Below, piece by piece: positions 36,984 to 47,748 of a stretch of DNA of 64,000 nt. Every line of letters starts with the position of its first letter. The stretch's first letter is position 1. The translations under genes and the position numbers were made by a program. Location of the stretch: positions 187,781 to 251,780 of the IMG/VR virus record IMGVR_UViG_3300049048_000052, one strand, 5' to 3'. The notes under the pieces were generated by a model. That model saw nothing but the letters and a program-made list of their open reading frames with translations, had not been told where the DNA came from and searched no databases.

Positions 36984-39900
36984 TTAGTACACGTATGTCA
37001 TAACGTTCTTTATAACAGCCTGCTTGGCTCTATCGGTGGTACTGATCTCTATCCTATACCTAAACTTCTTCCTGAGCTCAGTAAGTGCATAGATAGTAGA
37101 TGGCTCTACCTTAAAGTATCTAGCCTCATATAGCTGAGTACCACTGTCCACAAGAGAGACGGAGGTGTTATCTAGGGTTAACTCATACCACTCCTGGCCT
37201 TCCCATGCAAAGCCGCTAGTAGGACTGTAGAATACCTTAATATTAGCTTCAACTGGTTTCACATATCTAACTATGACATCTATCTTTTTATAGGCATCCG
37301 GATAGGTGACCATCTTACTTACTATTTGAGAGGCAGCATTAGCAGAATAAAAAGATATAGAGTTACCCTCTAGTGATATAGCAGGGCTAATAGTATCTGA
37401 GAATGTAGATAATGTAGCCCTAACTCTTAGAGAGTTCTTCTTAAAGGGTAAACATACTGTGACGTTAGGTTGGAATTTAACCCATACACTAGGAGTACTC
37501 TCGTATTCATAGGTAAGCTCTGTACCCTTTGGTACTATGTCTCTTGTATTGAGGCAGAAATAAGTTATATCAGTTACGGCATCTGATATGCCATAGGTAC
37601 CTAAGTCTACAATTACAGGACTAGTACTAAACTTAGCCCGGTCAATCTCATATGTAAGATCCTCCCGGTCTAATTCGCTAAGTATATTACCGTCCTTAGT
37701 TGTATATAGGGAGCCTTGTAGATACAGTTGGTCTCCTAAGGTTGAACCATTAATAAGATCTGGCTCTCCTAGTTGAGAAGTAAATATATTAAAGGATCCC
37801 GAGGTACTTTCTAGACCTAACGAGTAGTTTTGGTTCCTATTTATAAGGATAGGCTTAGGAAACTGGAATGTAGTCTGTAGGGCAGAATTGGTACTGTATT
37901 GATACGTATCTGCTTGGGCCCTAGTGTAAGTTATCTTACCCGGCATATCATTAGCAGACCTTAGGTATACATTAAGATCTCCATCGGATGGACCTGACTT
38001 TAATCTTAGTTTAACCCCAGTAACATAGTAATTACCGAAGGATTCAAAGGTCTGATTAATAGGACTGAATCTAATAGGATACTCCTGAGCTTTCTCTAGC
38101 TGTAGGGTACTACTATTACCAATAGCCCCTGGATCTATATTAGATACGCCTAGCCTTAGGAGATCCTCACTAATATAGTCGTTATACTCTACGGGTAATG
38201 CAGAGTTACTGGTTACGCTTATGGGTAAGGCGCCCCAACTCTTCATAGCACCTATAACTATCTGATTAAACAAATTGTTATATAGACTAATCCTAGACTT
38301 AGCATAGCCATCATTACCTACCAGCTCTATAGCTAGAACTCCGGGGGCCAAGTCAGCAGGTAAGGTTATTCTAACTGTTATAGTTCCATCAGCTTTAGCC
38401 TTAATAGCCCCTGGGTATGCAAGACTACCCGGAGTATTATTCTGTAGGACAAAGGTAGTTACAGGCTTACCCGATATCATAATTCTATAATTATCAGAGC
38501 CCGGTATTAGGCCTTCTGCCATAAGGATTAAGCCAATATTAGCCTCTATAGTAACCTGGGAGAATAAGGCAGCCAGGAAACTATTAGTTCTAGCATCTAC
38601 GCTGTTAATAGCATCACCTGATAATATAGAGTCGGAGGCCTTTTCAGCTGCCGAGGAGAAGAGACTATTAACTGAAGATACAATACTATCCACATAAGGA
38701 GAACGTGCTCCCTGTCTAAGTAATGTGCTTGTTATAGCCGTAAGGTAATCACAAGGTGTTAAACCCTTAAAGGTCTTATTATTAAATAATGTGGCACTGG
38801 AAATATATAACTTACCTCTCCTCTTAACACTATTGGAGTAAGGAGATAGCGCCATAGATCTAGTGGCCCTTGACTGAGAGATAAGGGGAACATTGGTATA
38901 GGGTAAGGTTACTACCGAATTAATACCTGTCTCATTCTTTGATACTAATCCACCTGATGTATACCTAATAGGTACATCCTTATGAATATAACCCGCGCTA
39001 ATAGACTGTATAGCAGGAACTACAGAAGCACTCCAGAGAGTGGACGAAGTATCCAACTTAGATAAGTCTTGCACTGGTTCATTGAATAGGCCTATAGGGG
39101 CGCTACCTACCGCTAAACTAGATCTCCTATATGCTTCTAGGTCTAACTTGATTATCTCTAGATTCTGAGTGTTTTGCCGTACCCTGTCTGATAATACCTG
39201 TTGATCTTGGACTGTAAGTCTACGACACTTAAGAGGTGCAATAGTAATCCTATCTGCAAACATCTTAAAGGATGATACTGCTAATAGATTATCTGGTACT
39301 GAAGGTAGTAATGGGTCCTGACTAGCCGCAGATAATATATAACCAAAGTTACCATCCTTGTCTAGAGTTATTACACCAGCCTTAGCTAGATAATAGGTAT
39401 AGCTGACAGTAAATGTACCATTATAAACATTAATGCCTTGGGCCGTCTGGGTATAGACTACTGCAGGCGTTCTACCAATAAAGATTATAGAGTCTGTACT
39501 GGAATCCAGGGTGAAATCATCGTTTATTGCTAAGGGCTGGGTATATAAAAAGGACACATAATAGGTGGTGCCGGGGGCAGGTTCAACCCCTGACAGAGAC
39601 CAATCAATCTTAGACTGATCTACTAAACGGAAGTCTATGCCCTCCGTATATGTAGTAGTACCTTGTATAACCTTGATGATTCTGAATATAGAATCATCTC
39701 CTAATAGATCTGTAGTACCAGGGGTGGTACCTCTGACTAGAGGTTTTAAGTCCTCCTGCATCTCAGCAACTAGGCTAAGTATTTCAGCAACGGGTCTAAA
39801 TCCTAGTTGGAAGGCAGTTGTAGTGCCTCCGCCACCTAGATTAGCACTAGGGATATCAGATATGATACGGCCTGCACCGGAGGCTTGATTGCTACTGTTC

Positions 39901-41402
39901 CTCTTAATAGATTCTATCGATACCCCTATCTGGTTAGCTCTTTCGTTTAAGGAAGTGCTGGTTATCTCTAATGAAGTACCAGAGGCCCCTGCCTTATTAA
40001 TAACTAGATTGTTCTTTATAATAGCTCTAACCTCTATAGAACTTAAGGCGCTATTAGGACTAATGTAAGTTATATAAGCGTTTAGAGTATTATCTACACT
40101 ATTAACTTGTTGTTCTATAAATAGTAGTAATGAGGGTATATCTGTTAGGGCAGTATTGGCAGCAGCACAACTAACCTCAATAGATGCGGTAATTGAATTA
40201 CCTTGATATAGAAGATTAGTGAAGGTTACTCTTAGTAGAGTATTATCAGCAACTATATTAGCAAATGTGGATCCATCAGTTAACAGCAGTTGTCTAATAG
40301 CTTTAGCAGGGGTGCCTGCATATGTAAACTTAACTGAGTCTACTGCGGTAGTAGGTAAGTCCTTAGGTACCGATATTATAGAGGGATCTGCTTTACATAC
40401 CCGGAAGCCTTCAACGTATGCCACACCTGCGGTAATGCTAAAGAGTTCCTTATCTACTAATAGGTTGGATGCCTTATCAAGACTAGTACTGCTATTCTGG
40501 TATAAGGTCTGTTTAGTCACTACGAGGTTAGCCAGACCATTATAGTCAGACTGTGCCTGAGCCACACGCTGTAGTAGATCGGCCCTAAGTGCTAGGTTAC
40601 CACTAGTGGGACTGGCATTAGCTTGTAGATTAGACTGGTTTAATTGAGATTGTAGATTCTCTAGATTAGCCTTAGCTGCCTGAGCGTCTGATAGCGATTG
40701 TTGTAACTCTGAATTAGCAATATCTACTGCATTCTGTAAGCTAGTGTATTTATTCTTATCGGCTACCGCCCTACTACTATTACCTACAGAAGTGGTCTCA
40801 TAACCACTAACACAGAAATGTCCTGATCTTTCATATGTATACTGACTAAGAACTGTCTCAACCCTATAAAAAGGATTAAGTTGAGATTGGTTAACTACTC
40901 CATCAATAACCTTACCTATAGTAAAGGCATTGGGATCATCTATAAGAACAGAGGTAGTCCATATAAGTCTAGCTGCACCTGCTGGACCATACAATTCACC
41001 GCCTTTAAGTGGGTCTCTAAGAGAAGCATCCTCTTTCTCAGTTATGATGGACTCTTCTAGAAGTATTCCCACAGAGTAAGAACCTGATGTAGGTACAACA
41101 ATATTAGTAGATGGTATATCAACTATTAAACCCTCTACATAAAACTGCCCTGCACTAATAGATATAGTTACTTCCTCTTCAGACCTAGCGCTAACCCCCA
41201 TCCTCAAACCAGATATAGAGGTGCCATTTTTAAATAAGGTATTAAAACCCTGCTTAAGATTATCCTGAATTATGGTTTGTATCTCAGTCACCTCAGCAGT
41301 CTGCAGTGCTTGGCCTGGTACAGGAAGTACCTTAACCCAGTTCTTGTTTCTCTTATACCTATCGGGATACAGGGGATCTCTAGAGTAGTCAAATAATGCC
41401 AT
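36984..41402 (-). CDS. DUF4815/VrlC-like baseplate-fibre structural protein (paralog 1) with coiled-coil insertion
   Basis: WVKVLPVPGQALQTAEVTEIQ, GAARL, ERSGHF, AGVAYVEG and NQTF. Confidence 0.82.
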   Translation of the reverse strand: MALFDYSRDPLYPDRYKRNKNWVKVLPVPGQALQTAEVTEIQTIIQDNLKQGFNTLFKNGTSISGLRMGVSARSEEEVTISISAGQFYVEGLIVDIPSTNIVVPTSGSYSVGILLEESIITEKEDASLRDPLKGGELYGPAGAARLIWTTSVLIDDPNAFTIGKVIDGVVNQSQLNPFYRVETVLSQYTYERSGHFCVSGYETTSVGNSSRAVADKNKYTSLQNAVDIANSELQQSLSDAQAAKANLENLQSQLNQSNLQANASPTSGNLALRADLLQRVAQAQSDYNGLANLVVTKQTLYQNSSTSLDKASNLLVDKELFSITAGVAYVEGFRVCKADPSIISVPKDLPTTAVDSVKFTYAGTPAKAIRQLLLTDGSTFANIVADNTLLRVTFTNLLYQGNSITASIEVSCAAANTALTDIPSLLLFIEQQVNSVDNTLNAYITYISPNSALSSIEVRAIIKNNLVINKAGASGTSLEITSTSLNERANQIGVSIESIKRNSSNQASGAGRIISDIPSANLGGGGTTTAFQLGFRPVAEILSLVAEMQEDLKPLVRGTTPGTTDLLGDDSIFRIIKVIQGTTTYTEGIDFRLVDQSKIDWSLSGVEPAPGTTYYVSFLYTQPLAINDDFTLDSSTDSIIFIGRTPAVVYTQTAQGINVYNGTFTVSYTYYLAKAGVITLDKDGNFGYILSAASQDPLLPSVPDNLLAVSSFKMFADRITIAPLKCRRLTVQDQQVLSDRVRQNTQNLEIIKLDLEAYRRSSLAVGSAPIGLFNEPVQDLSKLDTSSTLWSASVVPAIQSISAGYIHKDVPIRYTSGGLVSKNETGINSVVTLPYTNVPLISQSRATRSMALSPYSNSVKRRGKLYISSATLFNNKTFKGLTPCDYLTAITSTLLRQGARSPYVDSIVSSVNSLFSSAAEKASDSILSGDAINSVDARTNSFLAALFSQVTIEANIGLILMAEGLIPGSDNYRIMISGKPVTTFVLQNNTPGSLAYPGAIKAKADGTITVRITLPADLAPGVLAIELVGNDGYAKSRISLYNNLFNQIVIGAMKSWGALPISVTSNSALPVEYNDYISEDLLRLGVSNIDPGAIGNSSTLQLEKAQEYPIRFSPINQTFESFGNYYVTGVKLRLKSGPSDGDLNVYLRSANDMPGKITYTRAQADTYQYSTNSALQTTFQFPKPILINRNQNYSLGLESTSGSFNIFTSQLGEPDLINGSTLGDQLYLQGSLYTTKDGNILSELDREDLTYEIDRAKFSTSPVIVDLGTYGISDAVTDITYFCLNTRDIVPKGTELTYEYESTPSVWVKFQPNVTVCLPFKKNSLRVRATLSTFSDTISPAISLEGNSISFYSANAASQIVSKMVTYPDAYKKIDVIVRYVKPVEANIKVFYSPTSGFAWEGQEWYELTLDNTSVSLVDSGTQLYEARYFKVEPSTIYALTELRKKFRYRIEISTTDRAKQAVIKNVMTYVY

Positions 41403-41412
41403 GTTCTCGTCT

Positions 41413-41964
41413 CTACAGTTTTATTATTGTTTGTATGGAGTGACTCTTGTTGGTAATTCTTGCTATAGGAGTACTATAAGCAACCCAATGGAGGAGGCCC
41501 GTGCTCTTAATCTCACTGGGTAGGTATTCCTGCTTATTAGTGGGTATACCTGAGTTAAACGTCACGTTGGTGTGTAGACCTGTAACCCTATAAGCAGGCT
41601 CTGTATAATCAGTACTTTTGATTACAGTAGCTAAGTACAGGTGTGTAGGATATATCTCAAAGTACGTGCCGTCTATAAGCAAATCATCAAGATCATATAA
41701 CCTATACCAAACATTATCACACAGTATATCCTTAGAGGTTGGACAATCTGTGATCCTAGCAGCCTTGAAGGTAAGAACTCTCTTAATTAGTATAGGTTCG
41801 GGTACTCCCCTTAGATCTACTGGAGGTAGTGGTGGTTGTGTGTCATCGGGCCAGGCCGTTGGCTTTGCTATGGAGAAAAAGAAGTTATTATTGCCATTAA
41901 CAAAGTCATATATTCTATGGGCCTTCCCTTGGAGGGTTATACTCTGGTTGATTATGTTAGTCAT
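41413..41964 (-). CDS. Baseplate wedge subunit (gp8-like)
   Basis: FFSIAKPTAWPDDTQPPLP motif; lies immediately before the DUF4815-like gene. Confidence 0.65.
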   Translation of the reverse strand: MTNIINQSITLQGKAHRIYDFVNGNNNFFFSIAKPTAWPDDTQPPLPPVDLRGVPEPILIKRVLTFKAARITDCPTSKDILCDNVWYRLYDLDDLLIDGTYFEIYPTHLYLATVIKSTDYTEPAYRVTGLHTNVTFNSGIPTNKQEYLPSEIKSTGLLHWVAYSTPIARITNKSHSIQTIIKL

Positions 41965-43073
41965 ACGTTAAGAATACTATCTATTATTTCTTTTGAGGTT
42001 AGGCCTGCGGATATAAAGGAGCCTTGTCTAGGGCCGTCATATGGTATAGCTAGAACACCTGTGACATGAATGTTAGGTATGGTTGTCCTGAAGCCTTGGC
42101 TAAGTTTAGGGAAGTTAGGCATAAAGCTATAGGATTCTATAGGGTCCTTAGTAGGTATAAGCTTATAGTCTGGATCCAAGCCCGTCATGACTATTATATA
42201 GTCTATATCATCTAATACCTCTTGAAAGTCTGAGGTGTTATTACCTGTAAGACTAACTATATTAGATGAGACCCTCTGTAGTCTCCTATGTATGTAGGGA
42301 GTTATAGAGGGTTGCCATGCTTTAATATCCTGTAAGTATTTAAGTCTGAGGGGCCAATCCTGGATTCTTCTATAGAATCCACCAAGGCCTGTCTTAGGAC
42401 CCCATTCTGTCCAGGTAGGTAAGGGGTAATTAGTTACCTTAGGATCGGCCTTAGTAATCCAGTAGACAGTGTTCTCATGGGCGAATCTCTCAGTTACCTC
42501 AGCGGCACCCTGTCCACTACCTATTACACATATCCTCTTGTTAGTAGGAGACTCTGATAATAAGAAGCTAAGTTTAACCTCCTTCTGTTTCAGCTCTGTC
42601 TTAGCTATCCACTTGGGTAGTGTGCCAAGATTACAGCCTCCAAATGCTACGACGATGTTCTTGGCCTCTATTGTTTGGAATGTTGTCCTAATCTTATTAC
42701 CATCAATAAGGTTGACCCTCTCTCTAATTAGGGCGGCCCCCTGTAAAGTTAACTGGAATATATGTTTAAGGTAACCCTCGAATGTTGCCCTATCTACTTT
42801 GGAACCTTGTGTCTCCACAGCATACTGACTAGCACTATAAGGCAGATTCAACTCCATATACTCGTTAAGTGAGTACTCATACATGTCAGGCAGATATGTA
42901 AATAGATCAAAGGTAGAAGGACTCCTCATCTCAAGGTCTGGTATTATATTTGGGGCCCTCCAACTTGCCAGAGGCTGATCATCAATCATAACTACACTAA
43001 GCCCTCTCTCGATGGCATACTTAGCTACTGATAATCCCCTGGGACCTACACCTAATACTGCTAGATCAAACAT
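41961..43073 (-). CDS. FAD/NAD(P)H-dependent oxidoreductase, class B flavin monooxygenase (lysine/ornithine N-hydroxylase-like)
   Basis: DLAVLGVGPRG (FAD), MRSP, VIGSGQGAAE (NADPH), MTG and VTG..GP. Confidence 0.85.
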   Translation of the reverse strand: MFDLAVLGVGPRGLSVAKYAIERGLSVVMIDDQPLASWRAPNIIPDLEMRSPSTFDLFTYLPDMYEYSLNEYMELNLPYSASQYAVETQGSKVDRATFEGYLKHIFQLTLQGAALIRERVNLIDGNKIRTTFQTIEAKNIVVAFGGCNLGTLPKWIAKTELKQKEVKLSFLLSESPTNKRICVIGSGQGAAEVTERFAHENTVYWITKADPKVTNYPLPTWTEWGPKTGLGGFYRRIQDWPLRLKYLQDIKAWQPSITPYIHRRLQRVSSNIVSLTGNNTSDFQEVLDDIDYIIVMTGLDPDYKLIPTKDPIESYSFMPNFPKLSQGFRTTIPNIHVTGVLAIPYDGPRQGSFISAGLTSKEIIDSILNV

Positions 43074-43130
43074 ATTAATACTTATATAGCTAAATCATCA
43101 TGTTCCCTAAGGGTTGTGTGATGGTGCGCA

Positions 43131-43163
43131 ATAAAAAACAGTAGGACTTTCATCCTACTGTTT
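43131..43163 (-). terminator. Rho-independent terminator
   Basis: Minus strand AAACAGTAGGAT-GAAA-GTCCTACTG followed by TTTTTTAT. Confidence 0.88.
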
Positions 43164-43181
43164 GTCTGTTAAGAAAACCAA

Positions 43182-46100
43182 TTAGTATGTTGTTAAGGCA
43201 TACTTAGATTTCAAGGATTGCTCTATAGCCGCTGCCTCAGGTAAGGTCAGGGCTGTGTCCATAACATAGAGAGCGGCAATGTCGGCGGCTAGGGCTGGGT
43301 TACCGTTACCATCACCACATATATGACATCTAGTCCTATTCATGTGCCTATAGTTATATAGGATACTATCGTTTGTAGTATTAGAGGTAACAGTAGTAAC
43401 TCCATTTACCCTAATATAACGTGCCATATCTGGGAAGTGACTAACGACGATAACGTTCCAGCTATCCTGCACTGTATTACCAGTAGACGCCTCGTCAAAG
43501 GCCATGCCGTTGAAGCCCATAAGATATCTAGTAGCCCCGTTAGCCCCATTCTTAATAACGACGATGCCTTGGTTGTTATAGCTGGTTGTAAGGTTAAATA
43601 GAAGACCAGTTCCTACGTTGCCCTGTCTAATAACACAGATAAAAGTGAAACCTCTTTGGAAGTCCCTGAAATGTGTACCAGGTAAGTCTAATAGCTTACT
43701 ACCATTGAAGGCCAAGTAGGGTAAACCGTTGGGACCTCCCGATGTCAGGATAGGTGCACTAGCCTCTGGTCTAGTAGCCGTAATACCTGCACCAGATATA
43801 TCAGCCCAGGCGGTGACCGCATTGCCTGCCCCTACAGTAGTACCTACATCAGATTCATAACCTGCTAATAGACCTGGAGTACCAAAGAGAGTTCTAGTAG
43901 CATGAGGATACTCCTGAATACCTGTAACGTAACTATAAGTACCAGTTAAGGTCTTGCCTGCATCCGCAGCATTAAAGATAAAGGAACCATTAGACATATT
44001 AACTATGGCTTCGTTGGGACCTGGTACAGAGTTAAAGGTACCATATAAGGTTGCCAGGGGATTGCCACCATAACCAGATAGACTCAGACTGTGGTTATAG
44101 GTTTGGTCATTATCCAAACCTACAAATCTAGTATCTGGGCTACCCCCAAACATGGACTTAGGTACGATCACCCTATAAGGTGCTGTATTGGGTACAGTAA
44201 CGCTTATGGCTTGATCTATCTTAAGGGGTTTAGCGTAGAAGGCAAACTCATGGTTTAGAGTGTTACTAACATCCTTGAATATACCCCTACAGACGTACTG
44301 GGTGTAGTAGTTATTAGCTACAAAGTGAGGTGAGGATGTACCTGTTGCCCAGGCTATTGTTAAACCAAATGGCATAGCATCTGTAGATGTATGAGTAGTC
44401 TTGGCCCCAATAGCAGGCTCCTGTAACCAGGTATTAGTAATAGTACTCCAAACCCAAGGTCTAATAACCCAGGCGCTGCCATTCCATTCATAGTAATCCC
44501 AACCTAATGGGTTATCTCTAATAGTAGTACCGCTCGTACCATTGACCATATTGCTCTGATTGAATATATGGAATTGGTAGTTACCAAAGTGAGCTATACC
44601 TTTGCCCATGTAGACAAAGCGGTAGCCCATGTCTATAGCTCGGTGATCGGCTGCCACCTTAGTACCGTTAATATCCCATATAGAGGTTCTACCAATTAGA
44701 CAGTTCTTCTCAAAGAAGATTTGGTTATATGGGGCTGAGTATACGGTACTGTTCCCCAGAATCGTAAAAGCGTCTTGCTGAGTAGTACCCCATGCCATCT
44801 TAGCAAGAATATGATTACTACCATTAAACAGTTGTATAGCCCAGAAGCTACCACTGTCAGATACGTTAAAGAAGTTGTTATGGTTTATCCAATTAAGCGT
44901 ATTAACAGTTGAGGTATATAAGAAATGACCGGTGGTAGCACCTGCTGCCTGACTCCACCAAACAACTCTCCTATTACTGTTATAAGTATTAGCATTAGTG
45001 CTCTGATCCCACAAAGCAATGCCAAGGCGATCATCCACATGCTCAGGATCAACCTTTAAGAGTACTGCACATGCCCAATTACTATCTGTTAGACCAGCAT
45101 AAGTAATAGGTAAGGCAACACTAAAGTCATCACTATTAGCTAGTCTACCCTCTAGAACAGCATACACTCTACCGTTTCTACCTACGTCAACCCCATAACA
45201 AGCATCAGTTGTCATTCTGGTAACTGTAGCAGCTAGAAATGTAGGATTGAGACCTCCGGTTAGAGAGATCTTCCACAAGCCAGTAGCCCTACAGCCAGCC
45301 CATATCTCACCATTGGCAGGATTAACCTCCACTTGATTAAGGGCAGTAACAGGTAGTGCAGGGGTAGTGGTAGCATCTAGGGCTATATAAGCACCGGTCA
45401 TTATATCTACGACGTTAAGACCTGTTGCATCCCATTGGATGATAGTACTCTCATTAAATCTAATAGCCTTAAGGGAGCCCATACCATGTTCTTTAACACG
45501 TATAGCTCTGTCAGGGTGGAAGAAGGGGTTAGTAGTGATCCTATCAGCCCAGGTGTTTCCGTTCTGACCTAAGAAGTGCTTAACGTTGATCCTATAGGTG
45601 GCCGTACCTACATTACCCCCAGTTACAACATCTAGGTTGTATATCTGAGGATACTTACCAGTCCAGGTGCTAGTCGTACCTGTAACAGTAAAAATACCAG
45701 ACCCAGTAGCTAGGTTTTGATCATCCTGCATTGGTAGAGTGGCTGCGGCTGAGTGACTATACTTAGCCTGTACAACATTAGTATTGGGAGTAGCATTCTC
45801 CATAGACCAGGCAGTAGCCGATTTTAGTATAGGACTAGCCTGTGTCCAGTTAAAGGCGGGATCCAGAATACCATAGGTTATACCATTAACTACACGACCT
45901 ATCTCTTGAGTCGTGTTGACTGTATAGGTATGCTTAACCTTATATAAGGCCCTCTTAACTCCAATAGTATAACCCCTAGGTGGGGTATAGGCAGTACCCC
46001 TATTTGCTACAAAGCCTGCCTCCTGATTAGTCTCAGTATAGTAATCTATGTAAGGGAAAGTAGTAGAATTCTTAGTGACAGGAGTAAAGCTTAAAAATCC

Positions 46101-46748
46101 AGGCAGGAAAGCACCTCTAGAGTTATCATCCGAATAGGAGATGTTGGGTGCGGTGAAACCCGCCACAGCTCTATAGCATTCAATAGCGGCCTTAGGACTT
46201 ATTCTTACATGTTGGTCTACATCTACAAACTGTATTCTATAGAATATATCTATAATGTCAGAGGGCCCCTGAGTACAAGGGACATCTAATACTAACCAAG
46301 CACTAACTGCCACATCGTTAATTGGGCTAGCATGTGCATTACTTGAGGGTAGGGATGTGGTAAGGCATACCGTATTAAATGATCTAGATGAACCTATAAA
46401 ACTAATCCTGTTCTGTACCTGATAATAGGGAGGACTGACATCCTCTGTTAGGGTAGGAGATGTTACACCAGAGGCGACGAAGCCAGTGGCTATAATACCA
46501 TCTATATACCATCTACCCATATTTGGGGTCTCAGACTGATTACCTATAGATATGAAATTACCTCTCAAATAGTTCCTATGAGGGTTAGGATTACCAAAGT
46601 TGTTACCACCCTCTAACAGACCTATATAAAGCCAGTTACAGACTACGTTATCCTTCTTGATAACCTGCTTGACCTCACCAGTATTAGAATCTATAACTCT
46701 AATCTCGGCAGATCCTTTTAGTGTTGGTCCTTGAAATTGCATGTTCAT
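43182..46748 (-). CDS. Putative receptor-binding/tail fibre protein with propeller-like middle and C-terminal LamG/ConA-like domain
   Basis: Thr/Asn/Gly-rich; NPANGEIWAG..GLWK repeat-like strands; VTAWADISG..APIL..NGLPYLAFNG. Confidence 0.65.
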   Translation of the reverse strand: MNMQFQGPTLKGSAEIRVIDSNTGEVKQVIKKDNVVCNWLYIGLLEGGNNFGNPNPHRNYLRGNFISIGNQSETPNMGRWYIDGIIATGFVASGVTSPTLTEDVSPPYYQVQNRISFIGSSRSFNTVCLTTSLPSSNAHASPINDVAVSAWLVLDVPCTQGPSDIIDIFYRIQFVDVDQHVRISPKAAIECYRAVAGFTAPNISYSDDNSRGAFLPGFLSFTPVTKNSTTFPYIDYYTETNQEAGFVANRGTAYTPPRGYTIGVKRALYKVKHTYTVNTTQEIGRVVNGITYGILDPAFNWTQASPILKSATAWSMENATPNTNVVQAKYSHSAAATLPMQDDQNLATGSGIFTVTGTTSTWTGKYPQIYNLDVVTGGNVGTATYRINVKHFLGQNGNTWADRITTNPFFHPDRAIRVKEHGMGSLKAIRFNESTIIQWDATGLNVVDIMTGAYIALDATTTPALPVTALNQVEVNPANGEIWAGCRATGLWKISLTGGLNPTFLAATVTRMTTDACYGVDVGRNGRVYAVLEGRLANSDDFSVALPITYAGLTDSNWACAVLLKVDPEHVDDRLGIALWDQSTNANTYNSNRRVVWWSQAAGATTGHFLYTSTVNTLNWINHNNFFNVSDSGSFWAIQLFNGSNHILAKMAWGTTQQDAFTILGNSTVYSAPYNQIFFEKNCLIGRTSIWDINGTKVAADHRAIDMGYRFVYMGKGIAHFGNYQFHIFNQSNMVNGTSGTTIRDNPLGWDYYEWNGSAWVIRPWVWSTITNTWLQEPAIGAKTTHTSTDAMPFGLTIAWATGTSSPHFVANNYYTQYVCRGIFKDVSNTLNHEFAFYAKPLKIDQAISVTVPNTAPYRVIVPKSMFGGSPDTRFVGLDNDQTYNHSLSLSGYGGNPLATLYGTFNSVPGPNEAIVNMSNGSFIFNAADAGKTLTGTYSYVTGIQEYPHATRTLFGTPGLLAGYESDVGTTVGAGNAVTAWADISGAGITATRPEASAPILTSGGPNGLPYLAFNGSKLLDLPGTHFRDFQRGFTFICVIRQGNVGTGLLFNLTTSYNNQGIVVIKNGANGATRYLMGFNGMAFDEASTGNTVQDSWNVIVVSHFPDMARYIRVNGVTTVTSNTTNDSILYNYRHMNRTRCHICGDGNGNPALAADIAALYVMDTALTLPEAAAIEQSLKSKYALTTY

Positions 46749-46764
46749 GTTCCTTTTATAATGT

Positions 46765-47748
46765 TTAACCTAATACTAGACCACCTGAGTTCCAGGTATA
46801 AGGCGTGTTTGTCTTAGTAGTCTGGGTTAGAGAGTAACCAGGACTCAATGGGGCTGCCTCTGCAGTGGGCTCCAGATTAACCAGTAGGCTATAGAAGGGC
46901 AGAGGAGTATTTATAAGTATAGTGGTATTAGCACTATAGGCTGGAGCTAAGACACCGGGATCTACATACTCTTGGTTAGTAAAGGCAGTGGAAAAGGTTA
47001 AGTTAGTTGGCGTTACTGTAGTACTAGCTAACCCGTAGCCTGGTGAGAGAGACCCACTATCATCCGCAATAGGTAGAGTAGGTATACTAGAGTAGTATAG
47101 AACATCTGAGTCTCTATGTCTTAATACTCCATTAGTTACATAGTTAAACCTAATCTTAAACCAGCTGGGTGCTTCATCTAATAGACCCCTAGGAACCGAG
47201 GCTGCAGGGAATGTCTCTACAGGGTCATATGTTCCCGTGGTTGGGGACAGCTTAAGCCACGTACTACTATGCCAATATAGGGTATCAGCGGGTGCAGGCC
47301 AAGTTATTAGTGCGGTAGTCGCAACGTAAGCCTTGGATAAATATAAGGGGGCTGCGGCTGTTGTAGAGGTAACAGAGGTTTGTCTGTTATCAATTTCTAT
47401 ACTCCTAGTATTGCTGTAGGCTGGGCCTACATTTGCTGGAGATTGGGGTACCGTACTTATCTTTACATCAAACGTTGTATCAACTAGTGGTCCAGGTATT
47501 GTGGCCCTTACTACAATAGGATTAATGTCTAGTACGTTATTTGCTAGACCACAGAAGGTAGGGGCTAAGGTATTCCCATTAGTAATAGTTAGCGGTCTAC
47601 CACTTATTTGACTCCAAGTAACGGGGGCATCAGGTGGACTACTGGCCATACCTGCAAACGTTAGACAATCAATACATATAACGTTGTAGGCCTCAGGACC
47701 TGTTATAGTGGCTAAGTTTAGAGCAGGAAAGAATAGAAATCTTCTCAT
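46765..47748 (-). CDS. Virion protein with PKD/Ig-like N-terminal domain
   Basis: VTWSQISG..ITNGNTLAPTF motif; Thr/Pro-rich. Confidence 0.6.
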   Translation of the reverse strand: MRRFLFFPALNLATITGPEAYNVICIDCLTFAGMASSPPDAPVTWSQISGRPLTITNGNTLAPTFCGLANNVLDINPIVVRATIPGPLVDTTFDVKISTVPQSPANVGPAYSNTRSIEIDNRQTSVTSTTAAAPLYLSKAYVATTALITWPAPADTLYWHSSTWLKLSPTTGTYDPVETFPAASVPRGLLDEAPSWFKIRFNYVTNGVLRHRDSDVLYYSSIPTLPIADDSGSLSPGYGLASTTVTPTNLTFSTAFTNQEYVDPGVLAPAYSANTTILINTPLPFYSLLVNLEPTAEAAPLSPGYSLTQTTKTNTPYTWNSGGLVLG

